Shown here one piece after another: positions 52,514 to 64,000 of a stretch of 64,000 nucleotides of DNA. Where the stretch lies: assembly GCF_963921235.1 (NCBI RefSeq), contig NC_086107.1, positions 106,146,001 to 106,210,000 on the forward strand. The letters run 5' to 3'. The number at the start of each line of letters is the position of its first letter. Positions within the stretch are counted from its first letter, which is position 1. The notes under the pieces were generated by a model. The model worked only from the letters and a program-made list of their open reading frames with translations. It was not told the origin of the DNA and did not search any database. A program made the position numbers and the translations under genes. Origin of the DNA: Mobula hypostoma (taxonomy: Eukaryota).

Positions 52514-53302
52514 TGGTGGCAAAAACAGGAAAACAGATTATTATCTGAATGGTGGCCGATTAGGAAAAGGGGAGGTGCAACGAGACCTGGGTGTCATTAT
52601 ACACCAGTCATTGAAAGTGGGCATGCAGGTACAGCAGGCGGTGAAAAAGGCGAATGGTATGCTGGCATTCATAGCAAGAGGATACGAGTACAGGAGCAGG
52701 GAGGTACTACTGCAGTTGTACAAGGCCTTGGTGAGACCACACCTGGAGTATTGTGTGCAGTTTTGGTCCCCTAACCTGAGGAAAGACATTCTTGCCATAG
52801 AGGGAGTACAAAGAAGGTTCACCAGATTGATTCCTGGGATGGCAGGACTTTCATATGATGAAAGACTGGATCGACTAGGCTTATACTCGTTGGAATTTAG
52901 AAGATTGAGGGGGGATCTGATTGAAACGTATAAAATCCTAAAGGGATTGGACAGGCTAGATGCAGGAAGATTGTGCCCGAAGTTGGGGAAGTCCAGAACG
53001 AGGGGTCACAGTTTGAGGATAAAGGGGAAGCCTTTTAGGACCGAGATGAGGAAAAACTTCTTCACACAGAGAGTGGTGAATCTGTGGAATTCTCTGCCAC
53101 AGGAAACAGTTGAGGCCAGTTCATTGGCTATATTTAAGAGGGAGTTAGATATGGCCCTTGTGGCTAAAGGGATCAGGGGGTATGGAGGGAAGGCTGGGGC
53201 GGGGTTCTGAGTTGGGTGATCAGCCATGATCATACTGAATGGCAGAGCAGGCTCGAAGGGCCGAATGGCCTACTCCTGCACCTATTTTCTATGTTTCTAT
53301 GT
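52514..53302 (+). mobile_element. Young 5'-truncated CR1 LINE
   Basis: ORF 52575-53210 is nearly identical to the C-terminus of 58064-59197; TTCTATGTTTCTATG tail. Confidence 0.95.
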
Positions 53303-55227
53303 GTGGAGTTATCCGGTGCCCTGTGAATAATCCCTGTCTGGTACCAGAGTTTTCCACCCCAGCACAATCAGTGAGCATTGTTACGGCTTGGCTTTCATTC
53401 CCCAGGATTATGGCTCCATCCCCCTTCCTTTCCAGTCCTGAAGAAGGGTCTTGGCCTGAAACATCAGCTGTTTATTCCTCTCCATAGATGCTGCCTGACC
53501 TGCTGAGTTCCTCTAGCATTTCGAGTGCGTTTCTCTGGATTTCCAGCATCTGCAGAATCCCTTGTGTTTTTGTTATACTGTGCACTTTAAGTTTATTTAA
53601 TAATTTTTTGTTTGGCACCTTATCTAAGGTTCGGAAAGTCCAAACACATCACAGCAACGGCTTCACCCTTGTCTAAACAGTGAGCTAGAATCGTAAAGAA
53701 TTCCAACACATCTGCAAACAATTTCCTTTCCAGCATCTGCAGAATTCCTGTTGTTTTCCTATCCCTTAAATTACGTTGACTCCGCCCAGTCCTATTATTA
53801 TTTTCACTGCCTAACGACCACTTCCTGAGTCATAAACTCTAACATTCTCCCTGCCAATCTAATGGATTATCGTTGTGTTTTTATTCTCTCTCTCCCTCTC
53901 CTTTCCTAAACCATAGAAACCATTCCAAAGAATGTGAAAATCTGAAAGGTGATGCTCAATGCATTCACTATCTCCATGGTCACCTCTTTCATATCCCCAG
54001 GATACAGCTTATCATGTCCTGAGGATTTATTGCATTTCCATCTTTGCTCCAGTGTTAATATTTTAATAATTCTAATTCTTTTCAACTCCTCACTGCCCTC
54101 AGTCTATAGTCCTCCACAATTTCCTGAACGTATTCTGTGTATTCTTTGTTGAAAACAGAAACAAGTTAATCACTTAATATCTTTAAATCTCTCGCCCGAA
54201 ACGTCGACTGTACCTCTTCCTAGAGATGCTGCCTGGCCTGCTGCGTTCACCAGCAACTTTGATGTGTGTTGCTTGAATTTCCAGCATCTGTAGAATTCCT
54301 CATATTTGCGTCTTTAATTCTCCTGATTCTTTAAGGGACACACAGTAACTTTTACTATTTTCTATTTTACATACTTAAGGTTCCTTCAGGTTGTTACAGC
54401 CTGGGCTGGTAATGGGGACAAGCTCCCGCTACCTATTAAACACGCCCCCAATGGCGTGTGCCTCGAGTAGCCTCTGACAACCAGTCCAGCTCCTGGCCTT
54501 CACGTGTGGCTTAGCAACCAAGCCCAGCAGGACCATTGCTACTGACAGGAGAAGGGGCAAAGGTGGGTTACTGGCACCTTAGAAACCAGTCGCTTCGGGC
54601 AGTTGGGGCCTATCAGCCGTGGTTGGAAGCTCTTCTAGGAGGAGGAAAACTGCTCTCAAACTTCCTCTGCCTTGCAGTTGTACACACTCATGGAGAAGGC
54701 TTTGAGAGGGAAAGACCCGGAGATGGAGTCCCTAAGGCAGTCCTACGCTGAGCTCAACGCTGACTGGCAACTCCTGCGATGTCGCTGGGGCCAAACTGTA
54801 TCAGTCTCTGCTGTTCCTTTGGATTGATCAATGTGGAGAGGGGGAGCTTGCTACTTGTGCAACAGCTTGCCCTCCATATTGTCCTGCCCAGGCTTGTGTA
54901 TCTCGACAGCTGGGATGGTCGACCCCGGCCGACGGAGGCCTCAGGTACATTTCATTGATTAATTAATTTACTTAGTGATACAGTGCAGGGAACGCCCTTG
55001 TGGTCCCTTCAAGCCACGCTGGCCCAGTGATCCCCAACAAACACAATGAACACTACCCTAATCATGGGACAATTTACAATGATTAACCTTCCCGGCATGT
55101 GGGAGGAAATCGGAGCACTTGGGGAAAACACACGCACTTCGCGGGGTGGGGAGGGGAAAATACAGACTCTTTATGGGTGGCGCTGGAATTGAACTCTGTA
55201 ACGGCCCGAGGGGTAAATGTGTCGTAC

Positions 55228-56705
55228 TCACAACACGCTGGAGGAACTCAGCAGGTCGGGCAGCATTCATGGAAAAGATCGGTCAACGTATCGGGCCGGA
55301 ACCCTTCATCAGGACTGAAGAGGGAAGGGGCAGAGGCCCTTTAAAGAAGGTGGGGGAGGGTGGGAAGGAGAAGGCTGGTAGGTTCCAGGTGAGAAACCAG
55401 TAAGGAGAAAGATAAAGGGGTGGGGGAGGGGAAGCAGGGACGGGAGAGGCAGGAGAGGTGAAGAAGGAACAGGGGAAAACACAATGGGTAGTAGAAGGAG
55501 GCGGAACCGTGAGGGAGGTGATAGGCAGCTGGGGGAGGGGGCAGAGTGACATAGGGATAGGGGAAGGGAGGGGGAGGGAATTACCGGAAGTTGGCGAATT
55601 CTATGTTCATACCAAGGAGCTGGAGACTACCTGAACGGTATATGAGGTGTTGCTCCTCCAACCTGAGTTAATGTGTCGTACTAATTGTTATGCTACCGTG
55701 GCGCCCGTATCTTACGTATCTTTGGAAGGTCTTACAATCTTTATTCGTGTCTCTCATCACCCTGCTCTCTCTTGATCCCATTTCATCACACAGGAGCACA
55801 AGAGGCTGCAGTCCGGTCCATCATGGACACATCCCTCCCCAGCGCTGACAGCAGCTACAGCAGGGACTGCCTCAGGAACAACACACACACACACACACAC
55901 AAAATGCTGGGGGAACTCAGCAGGTCAGGCAGAGTCTGTGGAGATGAACCAACAGTCGACGTTTTGGGCCGGGGCTGTTCTTCAAGACTGGAAAGGAAGG
56001 GGGAAGATGCCAGAGTAAAAAAGGTGGGGGAGAGAGGAAGGAGGTCCAGCTGGAAGGAGACAGGTGAAGCCAGGTGGATGGGAAAGGGAAAGGGCTGGAG
56101 AGGAAGGAATCTGATAGGAGGGGAGAGTGGAGGAAGGGAAGAAGGAGGGGACCCAAGGGGAGGTGAGAAGAGGTAAGAGGCCAGAATGGGGAATAGAAGA
56201 ATAAGGGAGGGGTAGGGAATTTTTTTTTTACCAGAAGGAGAAATCAATGTTCATTCCATCAGGTTGGAAGCTGCACAGATGGAAAATAAGGTGTTGCTCC
56301 TCCACCCTAAGAGTGGCCTCATCTGGCGCAAGAGGAGGCCATGGACCGACTTGTGGTTGTCAATGTAGCAAAGGAAGAGTTGGGCAGCATTTACCAGGGA
56401 GGGCTTGGAACATGGACTGTTTTACTTAGCCAACAAAAAGGTGGGCATAGCTGGGGCCTATAAGGGTATCCATGGTTACCCCCTTCAATCTGGAGAAAGT
56501 GGGAGGAACCAAAGGAGAAACTGTTGAGGGTGAGGACCAATTCTGCCAAACAGAGGAGGGGAACTGGTTGGTTGTTTTTTTGCTGAGGAAGAAGCAGAGA
56601 GCTTTAAGTCCTTCTTGATGGGGGACAGAAGTGATTAGGGACTGGACATCCATGGTGAAAATTAAGCGGTCAGGGCCAGGGAATTGAAAGCTGTTGAGGA
56701 GATCT
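55228..56705 (-). mobile_element. Cluster of Penelope-like fragments (two 3' ends and an RT piece)
   Basis: RT-like peptide FQFPGPDRLIFTMDVQSL.TSVPHQEGLKAL; endonuclease C-terminus homology at 55580-55665 and 56225-56345; terminal repeats at 55228-55320 and 55878-55995. Confidence 0.7.
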
Positions 56706-57964
56706 GCAGAATTTCTTCTGTTTATGATTCGTTTCCTTGCAACAGTGGACTGAGGTAGTACAAAGGAAAACAATAACTGAATGCAGGTTAAAATGTTACA
56801 GTTCCAGAGGAAGTTGTAGTGCAGGCAGATAATAAGATGCAAGTCCATAACAGAATATATCAAAGTGGTGAAACCCCTTTTTACTGGGCGTCTCTGAAAA
56901 TGCAGCTCGTTAGCCCCTCGCTAACAGCCACTGGACTCTGCAGCGAAGAACCCACCTTTCTCAGGGTCCGTACGTCTAGGATGTACACGACCTTGGACCC
57001 GCCAAACCCGTGAGGTTGGGATGTCTCACCCACCCAAACCCCAGTTTGCGTGAGTGCTGTGAGATTTACTTCCCCCCACCCCCTGCAATCACCGTTGGCA
57101 AGAAATCACAGATCATACACTGCATACAATTATAAAGGAAGCATATTTAAGAATGTTAACCAAACAGTTATTAAAGAAAAAGAAAAAAAACAAACGGGCC
57201 CATCATAACTAAACAGGCAAATGTGCAGATAAGTTGGAGCTCATCTTGCATTTGTCTTTAAATCACCTGCTGGTTCCTCAGTCTGCGTGAAAGCACGCAC
57301 CACCTTCCCAAATGTCGCTCAAAACCCATCCCAAACAAATGGGCTTTCCCACGGGAGTATTGGCCCTTCCCCCTTGAAGCCACTCATCTGCACAAAGCAC
57401 CTTGTGCAACAGGGACGGCATCCTCAGCCATCTTCCCTCCTGTCTTCTCCCAGCTCCCGCCAAAAAAGACCTCGACCCACACCAGTTTCCCTTACAAAAA
57501 CCTCTCCACCCAGCATTCTCTAGAACCTTCTCCCAATTGCACCATCCTGACTGGCTGACACCACGTTCCTAAGTTGAACAGCAAAGCCCCTTATCTCAGC
57601 TCTTACAGAACTGCTAAAAATGAAATACCTACATAACATCAGCAAAAACCTTAAGCAGGGTTAGAAGCTGTTCCTTAAATCTGATGTCCATGCTTTTAAG
57701 TTTTTGTATTTTCTGCCTGATGGGAAGGAGGAAGCTGAGAATGTCCAAGGCAGATGAGGTCCTTGATTATGGTGGCTATCTGGCTGAGATAGCAAGAATT
57801 GTAGACAGAATTCACGGCTGGTTTCTGTAATGTGCTGAGAAGCGTCCACAACTCTCTGCAGTTTCTATCAAGGGAAATTTGGAGCTTAGGGCCCAGGTAT
57901 TAGAATCAGAGAAGATTAGGAGGCCAGAGTGCAGATATCACAGGAGTTTAAGAAGATTTACAGA

Positions 57965-59218
57965 GATAGAAACATAGAAACATAGAAAATAGGTGCAGGA
58001 GTAGGCCATTCGGCCCTTCGAGCCTGCACCGCCATTTATTATGATCATGGCTGATCCTCCAACTCAGAACCCCGCCCCAGCCTTCCCTCCATACCCCCTG
58101 ACCCCCGTAGCCACAAGGGCCATATCTAACTCCCTCTTAAATATAGCCAATGAACTGGCCTCAACTGTTTCCTGTGGCAGAGAATTCCACAGATTCACCA
58201 CTCTCTGTGTGAAGAAGTTTTTCCTAATCTCGGTCCTAAAAGGCTTCCCCTTTATCCTCAAACTGTGGCCCCTCGTTCTGGACTTCCCCAACTTTGGGCA
58301 CAGTCTTCCTGCATCTAGCCTGTCCAATCCCTTTAGGATCTTATACGTTTCAATCAGATCCTCCCTCAATCTTCTAAATTCCAACGAGTACAAGCCCAGT
58401 TCATCCAGTCTTTCTTCATATGAAAGTCCTGCCATCCCAGGAATCAATCTGGTGAACCTTCTTTGTACTCCCTCTATGGCAAGGATGTCTTTCCTCAGAT
58501 TAGGGGACCAAAACTGCACACAATATTCCAGGTGTGGTCTCACCAAGGCCTTGTACAACTGCAGTAGTACCTCCCTGCTCCTGTACTCGAATCCTCTCGC
58601 TATAAATGCCAGCATACCATTCGCCTTTTTCACCGCCTGCTGTACCTGCATGCCCACTTTCAATGACTGGTGTATAATGACACCCAGGTCTCGTTGCACC
58701 TCCCCTTTTCCTAATCGGCCACCATTCAGATAATAATCTGTTTTCCTATTTTTGCCACCAAAGTGGATAACTTCACATTTATCCACACTAAATTGCATCT
58801 GCCATGAATTTGCCCACTCACCCAACCTATCCAAGTCACCCTGCATCCTCTTAGCATCCTCCTCACCGCTAACACTGCCACCCAGCTTCGTGTCATCCGC
58901 AAACTTGGAGATGCTGCATTTAATTCCCTCATCCAAGTCATTAATATATATTGTAAACAACTGGGGTCCCAGCACTGAGCCTTGCGGTACCCCACTAGTC
59001 ACTGCCTGCCATTCTGAAAAGGTCCCGTTTATTCCCACTCTTTGCTTCCTGTCTGCTAACCAATTCTCCACCCACACCAATACCTTACCCCCAATACCGT
59101 GTGCTTTAAGTTTGCACACTAATCTCCTGTGTGGGACCTTGTCAAAAGCCTTTTGAAAATCCAAATATACCACATCCACTGGTTCTCCCCTATCCACTCT
59201 ACTAGTTACATCCTCAAA
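57965..59218 (-). mobile_element. Young 5'-truncated CR1 LINE (RT C-terminal half, open ORF 58064-59197)
   Basis: Motifs YLDFQKAFDKVPH, GVPQGSVLGP, FADDTK, LVRPHLEYCVQFWSP; (TTCTATGT)n tail. Confidence 0.96.
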
Positions 59219-59943
59219 AAAATGGAGGGGTTTGGGAGGGGGTAAGACTGTGAAGGAAACAGAAAACCAATGTGTATATTAAATCTGAAGCACAGACAGT
59301 CCGGACTTAGTATGGGTGCACAAACACAGGCAGGGATGATGGGTCATTGGGCATTGCAGGGGATAAGAATTTTTATGATTCGCCGTAAGGATGAAAACCT
59401 TTTAATTTAACTTAGCTTGTGTTACTAGTTGTATTAGTCACTGTTTTGTCTATATTTTGATGTTGTATCTTGCGGTATTAGAGAATGTAATTTATAATGC
59501 AGGTATTTTTTTAAGGATGATTGAATGAAACCTGGTATTGGTTCCAACGTGGGCAGTAGAGTTTGAGGTGACCTGGAGGAAGGAGAGGGTCAACTCTCAA
59601 AAAACCGGAGGACACGCAAGATTCTGCAGATGCTGGAAATCTTGAGCAACACACACAGAATACTGGAGGAACTCAGCAGGACAGGCAGCATCTATGGAGG
59701 GGAATAAACAGTCTACCTTTTGGGCTGAAAACTTCCATCAGCCTGAAATGCTCCTCCATAGATGCTGCTTGACCCGCTGAGTTCCTGCAGAACTTTGTAG
59801 GTGAGTCAACTCTAGAAGGCACGGAGAATTTTTCAGGAGGGCCACACCTGGCTGTCCCGTATTTACTGATTGGATAGCGAACTTCTGTGCTGGTGTCATG
59901 CAACGGGCATCACACTGTGCCCCAGGACTGTCCCCGTGCTTAC

Positions 59944-60166
59944 CTTTCTCCAGATTGTCGATGCGTTGGTGAAGAGCTTGCAGCTGTTCCTCCATCCGGT
60001 GCCTCTGCCGGTCGCTCTTGTTCTGTAGGAGGGAGCGCTCTCTCTCGAGCTCGGAGAGCTTTGCAAGCAGTTGGCCTTCCAGCTCCTGCATCTTCTGGTA
60101 GAAGTGGACCTGCTGCACGCCAGACAGCGTCGCTGAGGAACCATTGCCCCGAGACAACAACTCCCC
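59944..60166 (-). CDS. Neuronal pentraxin (NPTX1/NPTX2/NPTXR family), internal coiled-coil exon (exon 2 equivalent)
   Basis: Acceptor ctag|GGG at 60166 and donor AAAG|gtaag at 59944; 223 nt, phase 0 to 1. Encodes GELLSRGN...QKMQELEGQLLAKLSELERERSLLQN...LQALHQRIDNLEK, resembling the NPTX coiled-coil exon. Splices in frame to the next exon. Confidence 0.9.
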
Positions 60167-60432
60167 CTAGTCGGCAGGCAAGACAGAACAGAACAAGAAT
60201 GGTAGCACGTCATAAACACAGTCTGCACATCAGGTATTAGCGTCACAAACATGAGAAGATCTCCAGATGCCGGAAATCCAAAGCGACACGCACAAAATGC
60301 TGGTACAGCGGGTCAGGCAGCATCTATGGAAAAGAGCAGACAGTCGACGTTTCGGGCCGAGACCATTCTTCAGGACCAAGAAGAAAGGGGAAGATGCCAG
60401 AATGAAAAGGTGTGCATATGGCCAAGGAGGGA

Positions 60433-63400
60433 GTTGTGTATCTGACAGTGAGGTGTGTGTCTGACAGTGGATTGTGTGTCTGACAGTGGATTGTGTGTCT
60501 GACAGTGAGGTGTGTGTCTGACAGTGGATTGTGTGTCTGACAGTGAGGTGTGTGTCTGACAGTGGGGTGTGTGTCTGACATTGGATTATGTGTCTAACAG
60601 TGAGCTGTGTGTCTGACAGTGAGGTGTGTGTCTGACAGTGAGGTGTGTGTCTGACAGAGGATTGTGTGTCTGACAGTGAGGTGTGTGTCTGACAGTGGAT
60701 TGTGTGTCCGACAGTGGATTGTGTGTCTGACAGTGGATTGTGTGTTTGACAGTGGGGTGTGTGTCTGACAGTGAGGTGTGTGTCTGACAGTGGGGTGTGT
60801 GTCTGACAGTGAGGTGTGTGTCTGACAGTGGGGCGTGTGTCTGACATTGGATTATGTGTCTAACAGTGAGCTGTGTGTCTGACAGTGAGGTGTATGTCTG
60901 ACAGTGGATTGTGTGTCTGACAGTGAGGTGTGTGTCTGACACTGGATTGTGTGTCTGACAGTGAGGTGTGTGTCTGACAGAGGATTGTGTGTCTGACAGT
61001 GAGGTGTGTGTCTGACAGTGAGTTTTGTGTCTGACAGTGAGGTGTGTGTCTGACAGAGGATTGTGTGTCTGACAGTGAGGTGTGTGTCTGACATTGGGTT
61101 GTGTGTTTGACAGTGAGGTGTGTGTCTGACAGTGGATTGTGTGTCTGACAGTGGGGTGTGTGTCTGACAGTGAGGTGTGTGTCTGACAGTGGGGTGTGTG
61201 TCTGACAGTGAGGTGTGTGTCTGACAGTGGATTGTGTGTCTGACAGTAAGGTGTGTGTCTGACAGTGGATTGTGTGTCACAGTGAGATGTGTGTCTGACA
61301 GTGAGGTGTGTGTCTGACAGTGGATTGTGTGTCTGACAGTGAGTTGTGTGTCTGACAGTGGATTGTGTGTCTGACAGTGGGGTGTGTGTCTGACAGTGAG
61401 GTGTGTGTCTGACAGTGGATTGTGTGTCTGACAGTGAGTTGTGTGTCTGACACTGGATTGTGTGTCTGACAGTGAGGTGTGTGTCTGACAGTGAGGTGTG
61501 TGTCTGACAGTGGATTGTGTGTCTGACAGTGAGGTGTGTGTCTGACAGTGGATTGTGTGTCACAGTGAGGTGTGTGTCTGACAGTGGATTGTGTGTCTGA
61601 CAGTGGATTGTCTGTCTGACAGTGAGGTGTGTGTCTGACAGTGGATTGTGTGTCTGACAGTGAGTTGTGTGTCTGACAGTGGATTGTGTGTCTGACAGTG
61701 GGGTGTGTGTCTGACAGTGGATTGTGTGTCTGACAGTGAGGTGTGTGTCTGACAGTGGATTGTGTGTCTGACAGTGGGGTGTGTGCCTGACAGTGGATTG
61801 TGTGTCTGACATTGGATTGTGTGTCTGACAGTGAGGTGTGTGTCTGACAGTGGATTGTGTGTCTGACAGTGAGGTGTGTGTCTGACAGTGAGGTGTGTGT
61901 CTGACAGTGGGGTGTGTGTCTGACATTGGATTCTGTGTCTGACAGTGAGGTGTGGGTCTGACAGTGAGGTGTGTGTCTGACAGTGGATTGTGTGTCTGAC
62001 AGTGAGGTGTGGGTCTGACAGTGAGTTGTGTGTCTGACAGTGGATTGTGTGTCTGACAGTGAGGTGTGTGTCTGACAGAGGATTGTGTGTCTGACAGTGA
62101 GGTGTGTGTCTGACAGTGAGTTTTGTGTCTGACAGTGAGGTGTGTGTCTGACAGAGGATTGTGTGTCTGACAGTGAGGTGTGTGTCTGACATTGGGTTGT
62201 GTGTCTGACAGTGAGGTGTGTGTCTGACAGTGGATTGTGTGTCTGACAGTGGGGTGTGTGTCTGACAGTGGATTGTGTGTCTGACAGTGGGGTGTGTGCC
62301 TGACAGTGGATTGTGTGTCTGACATTGGATTGTGTGTCTGACAGTGAGGTGTGTGTCTGACAGTGGATTGTGTGTCTGACAGTGGGCTGTGTGTCTGACA
62401 GTGGGGTGTGTGTCTGACATTGGATTGTGTGTCTGACAGTGAGGTGTGTGTCTGACAGTGAGGTGTGTGTCTGACAGTGGATTGTGTGTCTGACAGTGAG
62501 GTGTGTGTCTGACAGTGGATTGTGTGTCTGACAGTGAGGTGTGTGTGTGACAGAGGATTGTGTGTCTGACAGTGAGGTGTGTGTCTGACAGTGAGTTGTG
62601 TGTCTGACAGTGAGGTGTGTGTCTGACAGTGAGTTGTGTGTCTGACAGTGAGGTGTGTGTCTGACAGAGGATTGTGTGTCTGACAGTGAGGTGTGTGTCT
62701 GACAGTGAGTTGTGTGTCTGACAGTGAGGTGTGTGTCTGACAGAGGATTGTGTGTCTGACAGTGGGGTGTGTGTCTGACAGTGAGGTGTGTGTCTGACAG
62801 TGGATTGTGTGTCTGACAGTGAGTTGTGTGTCTGACAGTGGATTGTGTGTCTGACAGTGAGGTGTGTGTCTGACAGTGGGGTGTGTGTCTGACAGTGGAT
62901 TGTGTGTCTGACAGTGAGGTGTGTGTCTGACAGTGGATTGTGTGTCTGACAGTGAGGTGTGTGTCTGACAGTGGATTGTGTGTCTGACAGTGGGGTGTGT
63001 GTCTGACAGTGGATTGTGTGTCTGACAGTGAGGTGTGTGTCTGACAGTGGATTGTGTGTCTGACAGTGAGGTGTGTGTCTGACAGTGGATTGTGTGTCTG
63101 ACAGTGGGGTGTGTGTCTGACAGTGAGTTGTGTGTCTGACAGTGGATTGTGTGTCTGACAGTGGGGTGTGTGTCTGACAGTGAGGTGTGTGTCTGACATT
63201 GGATTGTGTGTCTGACAGTGAGGTGTGTGTCTGACAGTGAGTTGTGTGTCTGACAGTGGATTGTGTGTCTGACAGTGGGGTGTGTGTCTGACAGTGAGGT
63301 GTGTGTCTGACAGTGGATTGTGTGTCTGACAGTGAGGTGTGTGTCTGACAGTGGATTGTGTGTCTGACAGTGAGTTGTGTGTCTGACAGTGGATTGTGTG

Positions 63401-64000
63401 TCTGACAGTGGGGTGTGTGTCTGACAGTGAGGTGTGTGTCTGACAGTGGGGTGTGTGTCTGACAGTGAGGTGTGTGTCTGACAGTGGATTGTGTGTCTGA
63501 CAGTGAGGTGTGTGTCTGACAGTGGATTGTGTGTCTGACAGTGAGGTGTGTGTCTGACAGTGAGGTGTGTGTCTGACAGTGGATTGTGTGTCTGACAGTG
63601 AGGTGTGTGTCTGACAGTGGATTGTGTGTCTGACAGTGAGGTGTGTGTCTGACAGTGGATTGTGTGTCTGACAGTGAGGTGTGTGTCTGACAGTGGATTG
63701 TGTGTCTGACAGTGGATTGTGTGTCTGACAGTGAGGTGTGTGTCTGACAGTGGATTGTGTGTCTGACAGTGGGGTGTGTGTCTGACAGTGGATTGTGTGT
63801 CTGACAGTGGATTGTGTGTCTGACAGTGAGGTGTGTGTCTGACAGTGGATTGTGTGTCTGACAGTGCGTTGTGTGTCTGACAGTGGATTGTGTGTCTGAC
63901 AGTGAGGTGTGTGTCTGACAGTGAGGTGTGTGTCTGACAGTGGATTGTGTGTCTGACAGTGAGGTGTGTGTCTGACAGTGAGGTGTGTGTCTGACAGTGG
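60433..64000. repeat. 19-bp minisatellite, more than 185 units, running off the window
   Basis: Unit GTGTGTCTGACAGTG plus a variable 4-mer (AGGT, GATT, GGGT, AGTT); two 17-bp deletion units near 61275 and 61560. Confidence 0.98.

Noticed and set aside
60230..63199. 579-aa and 640-aa His/Thr/Cys-rich ORFs
   Set aside because: Translations of the 19-bp tandem repeat.
60433..64000. RAG recombination-signal-like heptamers (GACAGTG, occasional CACAGTG) in both minisatellites
   Set aside because: Mostly 6/7 matches that alter the critical CAC, with no nonamer at 12- or 23-bp spacing and no V/J segments.

Overview
Repeat-dense vertebrate genomic DNA. The repeat families (CR1, Rex1/L2, Penelope-like, tRNA-SINEs, Tc1) suggest a cartilaginous fish, probably a ray; this is inferred, not verified. 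One host gene is supported: a neuronal pentraxin (NPTX family) on the minus strand with four coding exons in the window (60166-59944, 47680-47436, 45895-45716, 45173-44940). Its first exon should lie beyond the right edge. Main non-genic structures: (1) a 5-6 kb inverted segmental duplication (1346-6587 vs 27901-33959) whose junctions imply that the 21 kb between the arms has been flipped; (2) about 20 intact or decayed minimal hammerhead-ribozyme motifs carried by Penelope-like terminal repeats, often arranged as fold-back palindromes, including a second family about 1.8 kb downstream of the pentraxin stop codon; (3) three arrays of a 33-bp minisatellite and a >3.5 kb 19-bp minisatellite that share a 12-bp core; (4) two closely similar inverted CR1 copies in one intron; (5) solo LTRs and MITEs, some with readable target-site duplications. 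Most long ORFs in the supplied track are repeat artefacts.
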